Assembly: GCA_003144275.1 (NCBI GenBank)
Contig: NJBF01000005.1
Span: 60,001-92,000, forward strand
Direction of reading: 5' to 3'
Source: Candidatus Heimdallarchaeota archaeon B3_Heim
GTDB taxonomy: Archaea > Asgardarchaeota > Heimdallarchaeia > Hodarchaeales > Hodarchaeaceae
DNA length: 32,000 bases
The notes under the pieces are model-generated. The model did no database searches and was not told where the DNA came from. It worked only from the letters and a program-made list of their open reading frames with translations. Made by a program: the position numbers and the translations under genes. Below, in pieces: positions 29,140 through 32,000 of the stretch (positions are counted from its first letter, which is position 1; each line of letters opens with the position of its first letter).

Positions 29140-30351
29140 TCAAAGAATTTTCAACTTATTTCCAAGTTCTTCAAATGCCCGAAGTCCTTCATCCAATTGT
29201 TCCTTTGTGAGAGCAGTATTTGCCTGTACACGTATCCTATCTAAACCTCGTGGAACCATGGGAAAAACTATTGGCAGGGCAAAAATTCCATAATCACTAT
29301 ACAGTAAATTTGATATTTCTTTCGCTTTTAATGGATCTCCACAAATAATAGGGATTATTGCTGTAGTGGATGCGTCTGTAATTCCATGATTATAACCCAT
29401 ATCAATAATCCTCCTTTTAAAGTAGTTAATATTGTCCCATAATCTCGGTACTAAGTCTGGTTCCTCATCTTCAATTAAGTCCAAGGCTTTAATAGAAGCA
29501 GCTGCAGTTGCAGGAGGGTGACTCCCTGATAATAGATATGATCTAGTCTTGTTTCTGCACCAAGTCACCAGCTCCTTTGATCCAACAATAGATCCGCCCA
29601 TTGTACCAAAAGCCTTAGAAAAGGTTCCCATTTCAACATCTACTTTCCCTTGTAAACTATAATGATCTACAAGACCCTTCCCCGAATTATTTCGACCAAG
29701 TACACCATCACCATGTGCATCGTCAACATATATCATTGCACCATAGGGGGAAGCAATTTTGTATATCACATCTAATTTAGCTGCATCCCCGTCCATCGAA
29801 AACACACCATCCGTGATCAAGAGAATCCTTCTTGGATTCTGCTTATCAAGCTCAGCTATAACCTTTTCCAAGTCACTCATATCATTGTGTTTATAAACAG
29901 CCCGTTTTGCTTTAGATAAGCGTACTCCGTCAATTATCGAACCATGATTCAGCTCATCTGACAATATTATATCGTTTTTATCAGGAGCTAGCTGGGGGAT
30001 GATTCCTTCATTAGCAGCAAAACCCGCGGAAGTGACAAAGCCGGCATCTTGTTCTTTGAATTTAGCAAGACGTTCTTCCAGTTGTACATGTAAATCCATA
30101 TTACCTGCGATTGCTCGAACAGATCCTGAACCAACACCATGCGTTTTAACCGCCTGAATTGCTGCTTCCTTCATTTTCGGATGATTACTTAATCCTAGAT
30201 AATTATTAGAACATAACATAATGACATTTTTTCCCTCAACATTGCACACAGTATCAGAAGCTCCTTCTAAAGTCCGATGAACCCATTCCCTACCTGCATT
30301 ACGAATTTCTTTCATTTCAGTGACAAAAAAGCTGTTTGGATCTCGTGTCAT
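29140..30351 (-). CDS. kbl: Glycine C-acetyltransferase / alpha-oxoamine synthase family PLP enzyme
   Basis: CSNNYLGL, GSGSVRAIAG, SDELNHGSIIDG, DGVFSMDGD, VDDAHG, PLP lysine in GTFSKAFG. Substrate (Kbl versus BioF) is not proven. Confidence 0.85.
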   Translation of the reverse strand: MTRDPNSFFVTEMKEIRNAGREWVHRTLEGASDTVCNVEGKNVIMLCSNNYLGLSNHPKMKEAAIQAVKTHGVGSGSVRAIAGNMDLHVQLEERLAKFKEQDAGFVTSAGFAANEGIIPQLAPDKNDIILSDELNHGSIIDGVRLSKAKRAVYKHNDMSDLEKVIAELDKQNPRRILLITDGVFSMDGDAAKLDVIYKIASPYGAMIYVDDAHGDGVLGRNNSGKGLVDHYSLQGKVDVEMGTFSKAFGTMGGSIVGSKELVTWCRNKTRSYLLSGSHPPATAAASIKALDLIEDEEPDLVPRLWDNINYFKRRIIDMGYNHGITDASTTAIIPIICGDPLKAKEISNLLYSDYGIFALPIVFPMVPRGLDRIRVQANTALTKEQLDEGLRAFEELGNKLKIL

Positions 30352-30506
30352 AGATTTTCACCTGTTGTTCGGAAGAAAAATGGACATTCCTTTTTTATTT
30401 TTCTCAGCTCTGTATTCAAATTAAAGCAATCTTTGTTGTAGAACGGATATTGACTTTGATTTATTAAGTATTTTTTGTTTTTTAAGAAAATAATCAGATT
30501 TTCCAA

Positions 30507-31439
30507 TTAAACAAATTTAATCTGTTCCCCTAACAATTCAATTAAGAGTTTAATTACAAAAAATGCAGTGATGTCTGCAGTATCAAACAGGGGGTTATAT
30601 TCTACAATATCCCAGCTAAAATTTTTCCCAGGAGGAAGCGCATTAAAGATTCCCAAGAGTAACGTAACTAAGTCCCGACTAGTAAGTCCGCATGCTACAG
30701 GATTACCGACTCCAGGAGCAAAACTCGGATCAAGGACATCTAGGTCAATTGAAATATGAAAATACTGATGTTTTGAGGCCAATTTCTGAATCAAAGAAGT
30801 TCCAAAATCAAATAAATTTGCTTGATACTGAAGGGAGGATGTAGAATACAATAGCATATCTTTTTGCTTTGCGTATTCGACCTGTTCGCTTAAAAAATCA
30901 CGGTATCCAAGTATAGTTGCTCCGTCAAAGGTTTGTAGCTCAGAGAGTCTTTTGAGCGAACACGCATGAGAGAAACGAGACTCATTTACTTCATCATAAA
31001 GGTCTAAATGTCCATCAATGTAAATAATATGCACAGGAATGTTTTTATTCTCGAACGCTTTTCCTACGCCAATAGTAATACTGTGATCACCTCCCATTAT
31101 AAGAAAAGGTTTTTGAAAAGAAATTAGATCAGTTACACCTTCGCTTACGCGTCTTAAACTTTTTTCAATATCGGTATTAATAATTCCAATATTGCCCCAA
31201 TCTTTAAGACGAAAATACCTTGTTAAATCTATCCCTTTTTCTGAAACACACTCAAAATTTTCTGATTGAAGTATTCTTCTTAACGAATTTGGACCAAAAC
31301 GGGCTCCTGGACGATAAGACGAGGAAATATCTAACGGAACTCCTATTAAATTATAGTTTGGGATTTCGTCCTTCCAATCATATTTAATAAGCCCACAAAA
31401 TGATTGTGGTTGATGAGATACAAAATCTAGATTACTCAC
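30507..31439 (-). CDS. speB: Agmatinase/ureohydrolase (arginase family)
   Basis: SYRPGARFGP, GGDHS, DGHLD, SIDLDVLDP, PGVGNP, DIVEYNP. GTG start. Confidence 0.88.
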   Translation of the reverse strand: MSNLDFVSHQPQSFCGLIKYDWKDEIPNYNLIGVPLDISSSYRPGARFGPNSLRRILQSENFECVSEKGIDLTRYFRLKDWGNIGIINTDIEKSLRRVSEGVTDLISFQKPFLIMGGDHSITIGVGKAFENKNIPVHIIYIDGHLDLYDEVNESRFSHACSLKRLSELQTFDGATILGYRDFLSEQVEYAKQKDMLLYSTSSLQYQANLFDFGTSLIQKLASKHQYFHISIDLDVLDPSFAPGVGNPVACGLTSRDLVTLLLGIFNALPPGKNFSWDIVEYNPLFDTADITAFFVIKLLIELLGEQIKFV

Positions 31440-31570
31440 GAGGGATCACACAAAAAGACTTATCTAATACAAATATAAATAATATTTCCTGATGAGACTA
31501 TTCTGTATTGTAGTACCCCAGCTAAGTACAAGTAGGAGCCACTTAAGTCTTGCACTCAGAAAAAAAAAAT

Positions 31571-32000
31571 ATGGATGAGGAAAAGTATTTATTGCTTGAG
31601 TATCAAGAAAAAACACTATTTTTCAACGGATTGAACCTAGAGGAGCTTCTAAAGAAGTATAAGACACCATTATTCATATTTTCTCAAGAAATTCTAGAGC
31701 TACAATATAAAAAAATTCATGAAACATTTTCTTCTCTTAATACTCAATCCCTGAAGATTGCATTTTCAGTGAAATCTAACCCGCTCCCTGAAGTGGCTCA
31801 AACATTTATGGAAAAAGGTGCTGATTTTGAAGTTACTTCGATAGGAGAAATAAAACACGTTATTGCGAATGGAGGGGAACCAACTAAGATTATATTCACT
31901 AATATCGTTAAGGATAAAACAACGGTAAAGTACTGCCTAGAAAAAGGTGTTGGTTTGTTTGCAGTTGACTCTTGGAGTGATATGAAAAACATTGAGGAAG
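31571..32000 (+). CDS. Group IV PLP-dependent decarboxylase (LysA/ornithine/arginine decarboxylase family), 3'-partial
   Basis: Manual translation (not in the ORF track): MDEEKY...YKTPLFIFS...AFSVKSNP (PLP lysine)...FEVTSIGEI...IIFTNIVKD. Runs off the end of the window. Confidence 0.85.
   Translation, partial: MDEEKYLLLEYQEKTLFFNGLNLEELLKKYKTPLFIFSQEILELQYKKIHETFSSLNTQSLKIAFSVKSNPLPEVAQTFMEKGADFEVTSIGEIKHVIANGGEPTKIIFTNIVKDKTTVKYCLEKGVGLFAVDSWSDMKNIEE

Overview
AT-rich, gene-dense chromosomal segment of an archaeon, very probably an Asgard archaeon. The assignment rests on archaeal RNAP and ribosomal genes together with eukaryotic-signature proteins (Rab-like GTPase, Roadblock, ribophorin I and OST48/Wbp1 homologs). 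Core content: rpoA1-rpoA2-rpl30e-nusA-rps12, then METTL5-csl4-rio1-dim2-tRNA-Ala, secY, trm112, a TFS paralog, and amino-acid/polyamine enzymes. Most notable: (1) a tightly packed, co-oriented Rab-like GTPase / KaiC-like ATPase / Roadblock / FIST / MFS cluster; (2) an RpoH carrying the N-terminal jaw domain typical of eukaryotic Rpb5; (3) SecY/Sec61a, ribophorin I and an OST48/Wbp1-like gene within about 10 kb; (4) a VirB11/TadA-family ATPase followed by VirB2/TrbC-like membrane hairpins, plus a distant orphan Flp-like prepilin; (5) a tRNA-Arg(GCG) with two introns; (6) a 2[4Fe-4S] ferredoxin missed by the ORF track because it has no canonical start. No CRISPR array, rRNA, integrase or transposase was seen. 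All family assignments come from motifs recognised by eye, not from database searches.
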